NCBI GenBank assembly: GCA_964016885.1 | Contig: OZ024749.1 | Span: 46,004,001 to 46,068,000 of the forward strand | Length of the DNA: 64,000 nucleotides | Direction: 5' to 3' | From: Eledone cirrhosa | Lineage: Eukaryota | Shown here: positions 28,142-44,489 of the stretch, piece by piece | Layout: every line of letters starts with the position of its first letter | Numbering within the stretch: the first letter of the stretch is position 1 | Made by a program: the position numbers and the translations under genes | The notes under the pieces: model-generated | The model's database searches: none | Told to the model about the DNA's origin: nothing | The model's input: only the letters and a program-made list of their open reading frames with translations

Positions 28142-29780
28142 GGTATCTGCTGCAACTGTCAACACATCTGTTACAAATGCACCTACTAACTGTATGCATA
28201 ATTCTAGCAACAATATCTGCAATGCATACTAATAGAGGTGACAGGAAACGTAAACGGTGATATCAAGTGCTGTAACAACAAGCAGCAACAGGAAGAGAGC
28301 CAGTTGTAACAGGAAGAATAACAACAACAACAGCAACAGCAGCAACAACAGTAGCATCACAAACAACAGCAATCTCTCCAAGCAGAAAACTAGTTATATA
28401 TCACTTCGACCAAATATTCAGCTAGGTTTGAAGACTCTGGTTAATCTAACTACAGCACTCGGGTGGATAACGCAGATATGACCACCCATCTATTACATCT
28501 CACCATCAATCAGACCTGATGGATTCACACATATGGAACATTTTCTCTGTTACCCCACTTTCATCAATAATACATGTATATCTCTTAGGGAAACACTGGT
28601 ACTACTTCCATATATACATCCAGAAATCACACTCCAGAACAAAACATAAATATCACGCTTACCTAATTATATCTATGTATTACTCTCACAGCAGAAGTAA
28701 ATGCAGTTATAACCCTTTCTACTATACCTCTCATATAATGAATACAACATTTATATATAACGAACTGAAACTATCTGTCATTAACTAGTGTGCATTTACC
28801 TGGGTGACACTATAAATAAAAACGTAATGTTTGGCCACGAGGCTTGTTTAATAGGAGCACACAGTGATTGTTGTGACTGGTAGAGTTCTGAAAAATCTAT
28901 GAGATGCGGGGTAGAAAACATATATAGAGGATATTCTGCGCTAACAGATTAATGGCATCTTAGTGTCGTTGAGTAGATCGTTTATACTCAAGACGTGTCG
29001 TAAATTTAGGGCAATAAGGTAGTTTACCCTCGAGTCTCCTTTATAGGTAGTAGCAATAGCTGCAGAACCACTGTAAGACTAAGGAGACTGGAAACATGTG
29101 GATAACAGTAATTAAAACAATATACAAAATATCATCGAATGCCAAAAGCAGCAGTGATAACAACTAAAAGAAGTATGGTGACAGCATTATTATCATTCCC
29201 AACAGCAAGTATGCCATCTCTTTCAGTTCTCATAAACTGTAGTATCAATCGAGTGTCGATGGCATGATATTAACAACGAAGACAATAAAAAATATATCAC
29301 AAACAAAACCAACCATCAGCAGCAGCAGTATTAGAAACTGCAATAGCATCAAAAACAACGACGACTTATCAAAAAGTAATAAATTAATGACAACAATATC
29401 TACGGCGTCAAAAATAGCAGCAGCAACCAGCCGCAAAGGAACCGCCCTTATCAGCATTTGCATCATAACAGCATTAAGAGCAACTAACGAACTCATCTCA
29501 TTTCATGAGCAGCTAACGCCCCGACGCCAATCTCTTCGTTTGTCCTTTCTTTCACACGCTCTTTATTTCACTACTCAATTCCCTAGACGTTATTTTCTAC
29601 ATTTTTTTAGGCCACCATCTAAGATGGCGTTTGCTTCCAATTCTTGTACATCTGCAAAACTAGTTTTCCCGCCTTCCGATTGAATGATAATCTCCTGGTC
29701 TCTATATTCTTTCTCAATCGTTCTATCTAATATCTCATTGTAACCAATACACCATGCATCCTAAATATCTTTCTTTGTTT

Positions 29781-29880
29781 CTTTTCTCTCTTTTCCCCGG
29801 TCGCTCTCTTTCTCTCTTTCTCCTTTTCTCTCTTTTCCTTCGTCGCTCTCTTTCTCTCTTCCTCCTTTTCTCTCTTTTCT
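29781..29880. repeat. 42-bp pyrimidine-rich tandem repeat (~2.4 units)
   Basis: CTTTTCTCTCTTTTCC...GTCGCTCTCTTTCTCTCTT.CTC starts at 29781, 29823 and 29865. Confidence 0.8.
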
Positions 29881-30972
29881 CCAATCTTCGCTGCAATTAA
29901 ACAGTAACATAACAATAAAGATTTGAAAAGTAGAAAAAATGAATAAATATACCAAAAACTAATGCATAAATAGTCCAAAACAAATAATCAGCAGCGACAT
30001 CTTCACCCTTTCTATTCACTTCATTTCACATTCAATATGGCTGCCAATCGCCACAGCATAGCTTTATAGCCATTATGGCGGCCATATCAGCTCAGCCGTC
30101 TTATATAAACGTACATATTTTATGATGGATTTGAATTATTGCTATTGCTCTTCATGTTTAGCATTAGTTCATCCTTAATCAATCAGATCTATAGCAATGA
30201 AATTCCATTCGTGACAATCACGTCTATTTTATTCTAGCATAGTCCAACTATGACAGCATTTCACAAAATATACTTCAACCATTTTAAATGCTGCTAAGAC
30301 GTAACATCAGAAAAATTTAGTTTCACCATGGTATTTGATGAAATCAATCATATTCTGTATCTGGCAACATATTTATTTCTAATGTTTTACTGTATAGTCT
30401 ACAGAAAAGTTAAAAATTAGCTGGTGTAATTGTCAGAAATATTGTATACAAAAGGACAAAACAACGGAGATATATATATATATATTGTGTATATAATGTG
30501 GAATATACAAAGACAATCAAACTAAGAAGGATAACAAAGTAGCGATGAGAAATATGTTAATGACTTATATAAACTTCATAAATACAGGTATTATTAATGA
30601 CGTATAAATAAATACATGCAGGCATATGATATTATATATGACATAGGGCATGAAAATAACACAGGTCTATGGTAATATTGGATTTTGTGTGTGATCGTAT
30701 CAAATACAGTTTAGTTCTTAGTGGTGATCAGATATAGGTGAGTGAACATATATATAGTGTGGTGTAATCCACACACACACGCAGAGAAAATAAAATAAAC
30801 AAATAAAAGAAATGTCCAAGTGTATGTATGTGAAAGACGTATAAAATATATAAAAGAAGGACATGTTTGAAAAAATACGTACAACAGGAGCTTAACAAAG
30901 TAATGAATATACTGAAGACGAATACACACTTACTCTCATACAATCATACACATAAACACACACACATGTATC

Positions 30973-31007
<35 letters not shown>

Positions 31008-31119
31008 TATGATATATATACATATATATATATACGTACATATACATATATATATATACATATATACATATACACATATCTATATATATATATATATATA
31101 TACATATATACATATATAT

Positions 31120-31150
<31 letters not shown>

Positions 31151-31163
31151 TACATATATAACT

Positions 31164-31309
<146 letters not shown>

Positions 31310-31318
31310 CATATATAC

Positions 31319-31354
<36 letters not shown>

Positions 31355-31810
31355 TCGGGCGTATATCCACAATTGAGAAGAGCTGGAAGTCATGCCAATC
31401 CTATTGATGTTTCTCTATCGTATCAATTCTGGTCAGTTCTTAATGGTCACCTTCAATAATGTCCACTTAGTCTGCACTACTTTGTGAAAATACTTGAGTA
31501 CTTTCTAAAAGGCATTTTATATCTTAACGTTCTTCTATTTCCGTTGATGTAGACTCAGGCCCGATGTATATATAGATTTCTGAGCCCAACCTAAACCAGC
31601 TATGCAATTCTCATTATTTCGTTTTAATAATATACGTTTTATATATATATATATAGAGAGATTTTTCTTTTTTAATGTCCACTATATATTTCCTACGTGA
31701 CATAATATTGCAGTCCTTTTTATTCATTGTATTGCGATAAAGTAATAAGAAAAAAAACGCACGTCATGCTGTAAAATTATATATAAATGAATCAATATAT
31801 TATATTCATG

Positions 31811-31946
<136 letters not shown>

Positions 31947-31947
31947 C

Positions 31948-31975
31948 ATATTGTTATACTTGGGGAGGGTCATAT
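31948..31975. mobile_element. Terminal fragment of the 61580-62013 foldback element
   Basis: ATAT-TGTTATACTTGGGGAGGGTCATAT matches the ATAT-TGTTATATTTGGGGAGGGTCATAT junction at 61576. Confidence 0.75.
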
Positions 31976-31989
31976 ATATGTATATATAC

Positions 31990-32125
<136 letters not shown>

Positions 32126-32163
32126 GTATGAGTGCGCACTTGTACATGCAAAGGAATATATAT

Positions 32164-32206
<43 letters not shown>

Positions 32207-32448
32207 CATACATACGTACATGAAATACATATATATGCATGTGTTTGTGTATGCCATGAGTTATATATGAGGATATTTTTTTTTCACCCGTAGAGAATCG
32301 TCGAAACGAACTTTTACAGTTGGTCTGGTAAAATGTCCACAGTGAAACAATGCTATTATAGAAGCAATGGAACATATATCCATAGGCATACTCATCATCA
32401 TAGTCACACTTCTGTGTGGATATACATACATACACACACACACAAACA

Positions 32449-32488
<40 letters not shown>

Positions 32489-32933
32489 GTGTCTGGTCTT
32501 AGTTTTATATAATCTATAGAAATAACGCAACACCAACGCACAATAACGTATCAAAAATTTAATAAAAATACATATGAAGACAACAGCAAAATAAAGTAAA
32601 AAATGCATTTGTATCGATCACGTTAAGTATATGGTCCAAGGTAATACGAAATGGCGCTATGAAAGAAGTGGAAATTGTGAAATAGGATTGCAAATGGAGG
32701 AAATGTAGAAGGGGAGAAAGTATTACACAATGGAAGCTAAGATGAGGAAGTGAATGAATAGTAGAAGAGAACAGAAATCAAAGAAAGTTATAAAGACACA
32801 CACGCATATATATAGTTATATATAAATGTATGCATATATATATATATATATATATATTAAAATTGAGACAGTAAACAGAAAACAAAAAAAAAACGTGGAA
32901 GCGAAGAGGCAATGCAAATGTTATTATTAGTTT

Positions 32934-32978
<45 letters not shown>

Positions 32979-33042
32979 TCCATTTTAAGTTACCTTAAAT
33001 AGCAACTACACAGCCATTTCTATTCTACATATATATATACTT

Positions 33043-33160
<118 letters not shown>

Positions 33161-33639
33161 GAATAATCTTTCGCCATATCCCATCATGACAATTCACTCC
33201 ATTATCATTTCATCATCCATGAACTTAATGCTAAACCAACTAAACTTAAGCACAATAACTCTAAAAGTTTTCAGAGCCATTGAACTCCTTGTTACCCGAA
33301 AATATCTAGTGGTAGTAGTAGTAGTAGTAGTAGTAATTATCGATGCTGTCATTATCATTGTTGTCATTGGTTACGGTTTATGTTGGTGGCTTTGAAGCTA
33401 TTGTGGCCGTCGTTGCTGAGTCCACACGCGTTATTGTTTTTGAAGGTGCCCCTATTATCACAATAAAAATTCGGATCGAAAATCTGACGTAAAGTAAGGA
33501 GTGGTGTGTTAAGTAACGTAAAATAATACATATATATATATATATATATAAATACATACAAATATATACATATATATATATACATACATATATACATATA
33601 TATATATATGTGTAAATATATATACATGTATACATATGA

Positions 33640-33678
<39 letters not shown>

Positions 33679-33705
33679 TATATACATATATACCTATATA
33701 CATGT

Positions 33706-33802
<97 letters not shown>

Positions 33803-33803
33803 A

Positions 33804-33839
<36 letters not shown>

Positions 33840-34224
33840 GGACCCTAGTAATAACCAGTAAACCTTTATGTCAGTATCTCCCAAGAGATGAGATGCGTGG
33901 AGACGTTATAATAACTAATGACCCATTATATTAAACAATCGGAAAGCAACTGGAAGAAGGAAAATATGAAAAGAAACACTACAAATATATTCGATAAAAA
34001 GTATGAAAACCAGACAAACACCAATAACAAACCATTAGAAAACGAACAAAATAGAAAGTAAAGCCTTAACACACCTGTACTGAGTGTGTTATGCCATTAT
34101 GTGCTTTGACTGACAGCCATTAAACATTAAAATATTGCTATAATGATATTAATAACAATAAACATTATAATAGTAAAACACATAATATTGATACTTCTAC
34201 TACTAATGATACTAGCAGGACTAC

Positions 34225-34303
<79 letters not shown>

Positions 34304-34663
34304 ACAGTATTATTAGTGGTGGTGGTATTAGTAGTAGCGTCAGCAGTAGCAGCAGTAGTAGTAGTAACAATAATAATAATTATTGTAATAACGATAACTA
34401 TAATCATATATTTCAACTTCTTACATTGCCAAATACAACTTCATGTCAAGAACAACAACAATAATAATATGGAGGCTTTTAATTTTCTTTTATGTCTTCC
34501 TTTTCATGTTGTCAATACCATCACCACACATATAACGTCCTTGCTAGTATCGATTATGTTTCTAAGTTTAGTAAACTTAACACTTCAAATTTTAGTCCTA
34601 ACAACAACGTAGCGATTGATTCACTTCAGGCATAGGGGCAGACATATACTCGTATATATATAT

Positions 34664-34793
34664 TGTGGTTCGTTCGTGTTCCGAGGGTGGGTCCTGGTTT
34701 GGTTTTGCATGAAATATGAGTCCAGGTTTGGTTACAGTTTAGGGTGGTTCCTCCGTTAATTCTGGATAGATTGGAACAATAGCGATCTCTCTC

Positions 34794-34842
<49 letters not shown>

Positions 34843-34913
34843 TGCTCTAGGGTTCTTATATATTTTATATATATTTATCCTTATCGGGCCCTCTTCGGAT
34901 TTTAGTCTTCACA
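34664..34913. mobile_element. Possible solo LTR-like element (TGTG...CACA)
   Basis: A relatively GC-rich 250-bp island starting TGTGG after ATAT and ending TCACA. The flanks ATAT/TTTA are not a perfect TSD and there is no second copy. Confidence 0.3.
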
Positions 34914-34951
34914 TTTATTATTATTACTATATATACATATATATATATACT

Positions 34952-35007
<56 letters not shown>

Positions 35008-35953
35008 TCAATATTCTTTTTTCTTTTTTCTGGACACAATTGTCACACTGTACATTCTGAAGCTAAGGGAATATGTAGCAATTACGACTCTTTTTATATT
35101 ATTTGTAGTATTATTTGAATCTAGATTTCTCCCTTAAAACTCTATCATTCTCTGAGTTATTAAAAGAAAATTCTTTGCTGGCATATTACATAGCATGTTT
35201 CAAATCTTGTATGATTTGAACTTTGAACATACAGAAATAATAAAAGCATTCTTCATTGATGCTTTGGTGCATCTCTCATATCACTTATAATAACTGTGCC
35301 GACTACGTTCAGCCTAGCTTCCATCTTTATATATAGAAGCTCAATGCCTCAGATAAAATCTTATAGTTTTCAAACGTTATGAGATCAGGCATAGGTTAAA
35401 TTCATAACAACATTTACAATGGTTATTAGTGTAGAGGTTAAGCGGGTGGATTAATTTATGATTTATCGGCACATATATGAACACTAAAGAACAAACTGGT
35501 CTAAGCTCAGATGTGTGAATTTAAATTACGAATCAAAACAAATGTTTCAATCCTATCTGACGATCTGGCGTATTATTTCAGTCTTGACTCGAGGTGTGTT
35601 GATTAAGCTTTTATATACATAAATCCCAGAGAATATATTAAATGACCAAATCTGTAAACACTAGAAGAGTAGCGACCATTTATTTGTGTCCTATTATCAA
35701 CCTAAACTCAATGATGAAACCAAGACAACATAGATTTTGTTAAAGGCAACAAAACAAATAAACCAAGAAAGAAAAGGGGATGATCATTTTTCGGGGGATT
35801 GATATGACACTGTGCTTTACAACAGATGTGTTTTCGCTATTCATATACAGAACAAAATAGAGGACATGACAAAATAATAGAAATTTATAAGTGCTATACA
35901 CGATTTCAACTCATTTAATATTCATAGTCACCTTGTTTGTTTCAGACATAATT

Positions 35954-35965
35954 ATGATGATGATA

Positions 35966-36046
<81 letters not shown>

Positions 36047-36052
36047 GTGGTG

Positions 36053-36088
<36 letters not shown>

Positions 36089-36850
36089 TAATAATGATAA
36101 CAATAATAATAAAATAATAAAAATGACAGCAATAATGGATATTACATAACTTGTTAAGGATTCAATTTAATGATCCAGTGTTAATAAGATCTTCACTGGG
36201 CAAATGAATATAGTAATAATAATAATAAAAAAAAATAATCATTATTATAATTAATGTTATTATTATTATCATTTTCATCAAATTTATTATTAATGTTTAT
36301 ATCGTTATTATTATCATCATTGTGATTTTTACCGTTAATCTTAATATTGTAATTACTATCTCTGACGTCATTGCATGTGATAATATTACTACCATTACTC
36401 ACATTATTACTGCTGTTATTGTTGTTGTTGATGAGGGGGTGATGAAGATGATGATGGTCGTGTTTATGATGATGATGATGAGGATAGTTGTGGTGGTGAT
36501 GATGATGATGACGATGATGATGATGGCGAGGATGGTTGGGGTGGTGATGCTGATGATGATGATGATGATGATGATGATGTTGGTGTTGGCCGGAGTGGTG
36601 ATGGTGATGATGGTGTTGGTCGGGGTGGTGATGGTGATTATGATGATGATGAGGAGGATAATGTTGATGATGGTTTTGGAGTGGTGATGGTGATGCTGAT
36701 GTTGTTGATGATGATGATTTGGTTTGGGTGGTGACAGTGATGCTGCTGCTGCTGATGATGATGATGGTGTTGGTTGGGGTGGTGATGGTGATGATGATGC
36801 TGATGATGATGATGATGACCTTGGTTGGGGTGGCGATGATGATGATGAGA
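35954..36850. repeat. (GAT)n, (AAT)n and degenerate (GAT/GGT)n tracts
   Basis: Directly visible; source of the poly-H/M/I pseudo-ORFs. Confidence 0.9.
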
Positions 36851-37749
36851 TGGTTGAATGATGTTTCTATTTGTGTTGTCGTTGTGACTCTACGTAATAA
36901 GTATTCTTTCTTTAGTAAACGAAATTGCTCCATTGTTCTACAGGGTGTCTAAGTGACCCCATCCCCAGCGCCATCACGACCCCCAACACCACCACTCCCA
37001 CTGAAACACGTCCAGGATCAACACTTCAAATCGAATAATTTCCTTATTGTATTTTTACAAACTTATACATAGGCACACACTCTCCATATATCAACTGTCT
37101 CACAATCTCACTCTCTCTATCACTCTCTCATTCTCTATTATTTATTTCTCTCTCAATCTTTCAATCTTTCACACACATACATACACACACATACATACAC
37201 ACATACACACACAAACACAAACACATACACACACACACAAACACATACATATACACAAACACCCATAACACTTGCTCTGAATAAATGTCAACAAATGCGG
37301 GGTCGCGTGCAAATGAACGAATTGATTTCGCTCCGTCACTAATTTACGTCTCGTCTCTCTCTCTCTCTCTCTCTATTTCTTTCTGTCTCTCTCTCCCTAC
37401 CTTCTCCTGACTCTACCCCCCCCCCCTCATACACTCACACGCACGTTCACAAACACACATGTACACACATAGAGGGATGTTTATGAAAAAGATATATAAT
37501 TAGACACTTATACTTGCTTTCACGTGCTTAAACAAGCTGGCGATAACACAGAATGATTTTGAGCCATTTTCCCGAGTCTCTTAATCCATCAGTGATCTGT
37601 AGGGGTTAAAGTGCATTACATATTCATAACAATAAAAGCAAATTTTAAACTTAATTTAAACCTATGTCCTTATTTTTCTAGTTTTCAGTGGGCCATCTCT
37701 TCTGCCGGCTGTTTTTCTATCTTTAATTTTGTTTTTATTTATCTTGATT

Positions 37750-37921
37750 TGGATTGGCACACTCGGTAGAATGTTGGACACCGTGGTTTGCAGAATAGAG
37801 TGATGGCCCTTTACGTTTTGAGTTCAAGTAACTTTGCCTTTCATCCATACGGGGTCGATAAAATAAAGTACCAGTAATGCACTGGGATAATTGCTGGCCT
37901 TGTGCCAAAAGTAGAAACAAT
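37750..37921 (+). mobile_element. tRNA-derived SINE, family A, with a short deletion after the B-box
   Basis: Matches 5049-5238, but GAGTTCAA is joined almost directly to TAACTTTGCCTTTCATCC. Confidence 0.9.
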
Positions 37922-38604
37922 CATATATATATATATATATATATATTAATTTATATATTTATGTTCATACACAGAACAAAACGCTATATTGCAAGATTGC
38001 TCATAACTGCGACCTAATCTTCAGCCGCCTAGACGATTTAGTATATGTATATATATATATATATACATTAGGCTGAGTCGTTTACTACTACTACTACTAC
38101 TACTACCTTCTCCTTGGAGTGTTGACATATATGTTCATACTATCTGTTCGCAAAATCTGTATGACATTGGTAAAAAAATGGTAATAAAAAACGAGGAAAT
38201 GAAGAAAGAAGGAAAAAGAATTGAAAAATTGGTGAAATTAATAACAAACATAAATGAAAAAAATATATATATTGAAAACGAAAAAAGAAAATTTGTGGGA
38301 CTATTATATTTATTGATTATATAGTGATGCTGTTGTTATTGAAGGTGATGATTGTGGTGGTTGGTAGTGGTGTTGGTTTCTGGTGGTGTTGTCAATAGTA
38401 TTGGTGATTGTGCTGGTACACAGCACAACATGATTCCAATATAATTTAATTATCATGTAGGCAATATTTTTGCTCAGATAAACAACGACATTTTAAACAA
38501 TATTACAAAAACAAACTCTCAGACAGTCTCGCTGGTTCTCAATCTGACAAATTATTCTCAAGTCCGGAGTAATCTCTCTATTGCTTTTTTCTTCTTTCTC
38601 ACAC

Positions 38605-38643
<39 letters not shown>

Positions 38644-40060
38644 ATTGCATTTTATTTTCAGTTCGAAGCCCGCTGGATTACACGTACAATTTTTAGGGGT
38701 TATTTCATATCAACTTGGTCTAAAAATACTCTATATCATACGGTACTTTATTTTGTTGTTTTCTGTTGTTGTTTTACAATCATGGAGAATAACAGAGAGG
38801 TTAGTTTTAGACATCTTTGTGGCATTTCTTGAGGTTAACTAACATAACTTATGTTTCTATGCGAAATATGTGAAAAAATATATGACATGATATGTATTTA
38901 TATATATATTTGCTTATCTCGCTTTGTCTCCCCTCTTTCTTTATATTTAATTTTTCACTGTGACCTTACGATCGACATCAGCATCATCAGTTTTAAAGTG
39001 CCAAGATCAAGACTTCATTTACTGCATATCAACGACATATGGTGGAATGTAAATGATTAGGAAAGTTCCAAAACAAAAAGAATTTGATCCTTATATCTAT
39101 ATTCGTTCTTCCCATACTCATTCCTGACTGTATGGGACCACGGGCATTTACACCCATGCCCATTTATATAATACAGAATGATCATGCTTCTCATGAGGTA
39201 ATAATTGACGCTATTGTATCCCGAATATTCGACCGACAATTAGATGGATGTTTGGTACCGAGCCGTAGATCAACCGCCTCATTCACAAGGATGAACCTCG
39301 TCAACAATATGAAAGATTTTCAATGAGAGGAGTAGGGTGCCCCAAACTGAACCTTCACAGAGTTAGCCACTATTTTTGTTTTTCTTATTATTGGATGAGA
39401 GTTGACATTCTTGAATTCATCCACCATTTAAGGGGTCTTATTGTTGTTGTCTGTATGTGAGTGGTTGTTTATGTGTACACCGAATTTCAAACATATATAC
39501 ATACAAACATACATACATCCGTTATCCTGCGCACACATAGCCATAGATACTTACATGCATATAGTTATATATAGACACTTACATATAAATAAGAGTATAC
39601 TGCATCCATAAATATGTGTAGTATATATATATATATACGTAAATATATATATATATGTATGCGTGTGTGTGTGTGTGTGTGTGTGTTTGTGAGAGACTCT
39701 TTGTAGACTAGAAAATAATTTCAATAACGGCCAACAACTATTAATTAAATATTTATTTTTATATAAACATTTTAATTCAGTTTTTAATGATTTTAGAATA
39801 TCTCATCATGATTTCCATTTAAAATACAGTTTTCTAATTTTTTTTTTCACAAATATAATGTAGCTTTTATCTGATAAGCTACTTAATTAAAGATGTTCCA
39901 CTTATTGCAATTATTGTCAAAATAATAATCAGTTTTTCTTCAATTATGTACAATTATTTTATTTTGATAGTTGATTATGTTTTATTTATTACAGTACAAT
40001 GATAGTAAAAACAACGTCAACATTTACAACAACAACAAAGCTAACATCACCAACAGGAAT

Positions 40061-40246
40061 AATGGTTTCTGATTTAGCCAACATATGTTGGAGAGAGAGG
40101 TGCCTTACTAGTACTTTAATATATCGACCCCGTAAAGAGGAAAGGCAAAACTAACCTCGGCGGGATTTGAAATGAGAACATAAAGAGTTCTCATTCTAAG
40201 CCATGAAGCATGGTGTCCGGCACTCAATCGTTAGTATCAATCCATC
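40061..40246 (-). mobile_element. Diverged SINE family A
   Basis: TACTAGTACTTTAATATATCGACCCCGTAAAGAGGAAAGGCAAAACTAACCTCGGCGGGATTTGAA...AAGCATGGTGTCCG...CAATCCA. Confidence 0.8.
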
Positions 40247-40900
40247 ATCCTGAACGCTACTCCGCCCCATATATATACATATATTTAATATAGAAATGGC
40301 TTATAGAGGACTAGAACTGTTTCATTCTTAAGTTCCTCCCTTATGTGGTTAGCTCCGATTGAACCCGAGATACATACACATATATATCACGTGTTGTAGT
40401 TTTGAAGCATTGTGAAAGAAGAAATACAAATATAAGTAGGAAATAATTTTAATTATTTGGCAGCCTGACAATGCGTGTGAGATATAATTGCCAAGGTAAT
40501 ATGGATTTGACAAAATTAGACAAAAGGACAAGAAAACGATTAAGAATGATTCAATATTACCTGTGCAAATTTAATGATCCAAAATATTCTCGAATACGCC
40601 ATCCACTATTACCGAATCCCCTTCACTCTTTGACTGTTTCCTTATGTATGTTTCTGACTACCTCTCTCTTTCTGTTATTCGCCCCCTCCTCTCTCCATAT
40701 ATCTATCCATCCACCAATCTATATGTATGTCTGTCTCTCCAAAGACGGTCTCCAATCTAACTCATGCCTGCATGTATATGCATAAGTATGTATAAAGGTA
40801 ATTGTGTCTAGTATATTTCTTTATCACTCGGCATCTCTTTTTTCATCCACCATCTCGAAGCATATTATATATATATATATATATACATATATTTATATGT

Positions 40901-40993
<93 letters not shown>

Positions 40994-41018
40994 TTTAGAT
41001 ATATACATACATACATAC

Positions 41019-41145
<127 letters not shown>

Positions 41146-41173
41146 CATATTTCGTTTCTGACTTTATTTAGAT

Positions 41174-41214
41174 TCACTGAAGAGGTCACATAATGTGTGA
41201 CGAAAGAACTTTGA
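41174..41214 (+). ncRNA. Minimal type I hammerhead ribozyme motif
   Basis: TCA-CTGAAGA-G-GTCACA(TAATG)TGTGAC-GAAA-GAAC-TT-TGA: perfect 6-bp stem II, one extra nt after the core, 3-bp stem I, CUU triplet. Confidence 0.55.
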
Positions 41215-41363
41215 CAATATGGGAACAACCGTCCGGTTGTGGAACCAACCAACCAACCGGAATTTTATAAATTCTTAAATTTATAAGTTTAATTTATAAT
41301 AAATTGGAGTGAAAGCAAATGGAGGGTGTGTTTCTTATTGGCAACATGACCCTCCCAAAGTAT

Positions 41364-41411
<48 letters not shown>

Positions 41412-41554
41412 TTTCTAATGGTGGATTAATATATATATATACATTTGAGTAGTAAGTTACATAAGTGTATAATTAATTCTGAAAGTTTTAACATCATCAC
41501 ACGAACAAATAAGTCTGCTTGAGATTTTGTTAACCCATATTGTACACTACATGA

Positions 41555-41648
<94 letters not shown>

Positions 41649-41881
41649 TGTAACTATATACGTGTAGGTTTGTGTGCACGTATATATATAGACAACTAAC
41701 TATTAGTGTATAAGAAACTTCATATACAAAATATATATATATAATGTATCTGTGTTTCTATGTTTTTGTGTATATGAGTGCGTTCGCTTGGTGTGTGATT
41801 GCAGATTTGTATATATGTATGTAATTACGTATGTAATTTACTGATATGGACGTTTGGCTATATATGTACTCGGTGCAAATA

Positions 41882-41925
<44 letters not shown>

Positions 41926-42370
41926 CGTCTGCAGTATATTCTATGTCTTTGTATGAAAGTCTGTGTCGTTTTCATGTATATGTTTGTTTTTGCCTAGCTG
42001 GTGTATGTGTTTCCGTAGTCGTAGTTTCAAAATATATCTATGTATCTGTCTGCGTGTCCGAGTATATGTATGTATTTAGGCTGACAGGCTTGTGTCTTTC
42101 AATTGCTCCTGATGAGAGATACCCATTCAGCAATGAAAAGTCCATCATTCTGAAACGAAAACCAGTCCTTAATGTCATGACCTTTCGAAGTCTTTCTTAT
42201 CGCTTGGTGACATTTCGTTCTTTATGATTGCTCAATTCTAAAGGTAGCCAAAAAATGTTTTAGATAACGCATATACCTTTTGCCTTGCAATTTCTAACTC
42301 GGGGAAAATGGCCAAGAAATTCCATACAGAACGATAATTATGTATCTATATAATCTATACGCATCGACAT

Positions 42371-42520
<150 letters not shown>

Positions 42521-42550
42521 TATGTATATATATGTATATATATATATATG

Positions 42551-42590
<40 letters not shown>

Positions 42591-42640
42591 TATGTATATA
42601 TATGTATATATATATATATGTATATATATGTATATATATG

Positions 42641-42735
<95 letters not shown>

Positions 42736-43121
42736 GTATGTGTGTGTATACATATATGTATGTATATGTGTGTGACTTCGTGTGTATATGGTACTACTTT
42801 AGTATTAATGCCACAATTTAATGTTTTAATGTCTCGTACCTTAGACATAGTCCTAAATATCAAATGACTGTTGTTGTTTTTTTCATGTTCTATTTTTTAA
42901 CATTTATTCTCCTCATCCTGCCAACACAGTTGAAGATATATTGTTATTACTATTGTTGTTGTTGTTGTTCTGGTTTTTGTCGTCGACGTTAGGGGTGGTG
43001 GGGTTGTGATCGTTGATGCTAGGGATATTCTGTTCTTTAACAATTTTTTTTTGTGTTTTAACATTATATGTATTCTTTCTTTACTAAGCCGTGTTTATCC
43101 CTCCTCTCTTTAATTCGTGTC

Positions 43122-43278
<157 letters not shown>

Positions 43279-44009
43279 TGTATAATATTTTTGTAACTAT
43301 GTAACTGTATCCTATTATCAAACTCAACGAAATATATGGGTGGGCGATTCTCTAGACATATAGACGTCCACCACGTTCTTGGAACGTCTCTAGAATCTCC
43401 CTATATAAACAATGCCGATACTTATCTAACATTTCCCTCAAATCGACTACCTATCTCTATTTATTACTATTGTTCACGTGAATTTGTCTCTTCGTTTTTT
43501 AGTATGATTTTTTTTTCTCTTTCGATGAATTTCAATCTACTTCTTTTATTTTAGATTTCTTTTTATTCATATTTTATTTAGATTTATTTAATTTCATTTA
43601 TAATACTGTTGTTTACTTCTAATTGTTTTGTATTGTATGTTTATATATGATACAATTATCGTGAAGCCTCCTGCATTCACTATTTAAGATAATGTAATAC
43701 ATTATATATATAGAGAGAGTTTCCGTAGGGGTACAGTTGGTTCTAGAGGTGCCACTGAAAATATTTTATTGTGTTTCTATCATTTAATAATAATTTGAAA
43801 GAGATGCACGCGTTAATATTTGCCGCATAGATGTACACATGCAATGGTTTGGCACAGCTTTCTCTAAACAGAAACTTATGCCCGTCATAATTTTAGAAAT
43901 TCAGCAGGACACAGATGCTGTGATGCATCATAGCTAACGATTCATGTGATTAGAGAGTAATACTTTAAAAAGAAATATGTGTAGAAAACGACGCATGATG
44001 TTGTGTGTG

Positions 44010-44088
<79 letters not shown>

Positions 44089-44402
44089 GAAAGAGAACGA
44101 ATATTAATATAAAACACACTTACGCTACTGTAGTAATAATTTTACTTATGTATTTAATTGCTGTAAATCAATGGCTGATTGCTTAGATATATTTATATTT
44201 TATCAATTAATTTTGAAGAACTTACCTGAAGCATCAGAAACTAAAATGTATTCAAAGCATAGCCAACAAAATCAGTATAACATACTAAAAGGATAGAAGC
44301 ATATAAGCCCAAAATTTTATTTAAATAAAACAATAAGGTACTACAACAATAACTAAAAAGATGATGACGACAATAAAGACGATCACAACAACAACGTCAA
44401 CG

Positions 44403-44489
44403 AGAAGAAGAAGAAGAAGAAGAAGAAGAAGAAGAAGAAGAAGAAGAAGAAGAAGAAGAAGAAGAAGAAGAAGAAGAAGAAGAAGAAGA
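44403..44489. repeat. (GAA)n microsatellite
   Basis: Directly visible. Confidence 0.95.

Noticed and set aside
29615-30090. Several ATGGCG/ATGGCTGCC (YY1-like) motifs
   Set aside because: Short motifs with no transcript, CpG island or downstream exon to support a promoter call.
38940-38995. Minus-strand CTGATGA-T-GCTG...CAGT-GAAA
   Set aside because: Stem III and cleavage site cannot be formed; consistent with chance.
42105-42172. CTGATGA...GAAAC hammerhead-like boxes
   Set aside because: No stem I, and no convincing stem II or III pairing.
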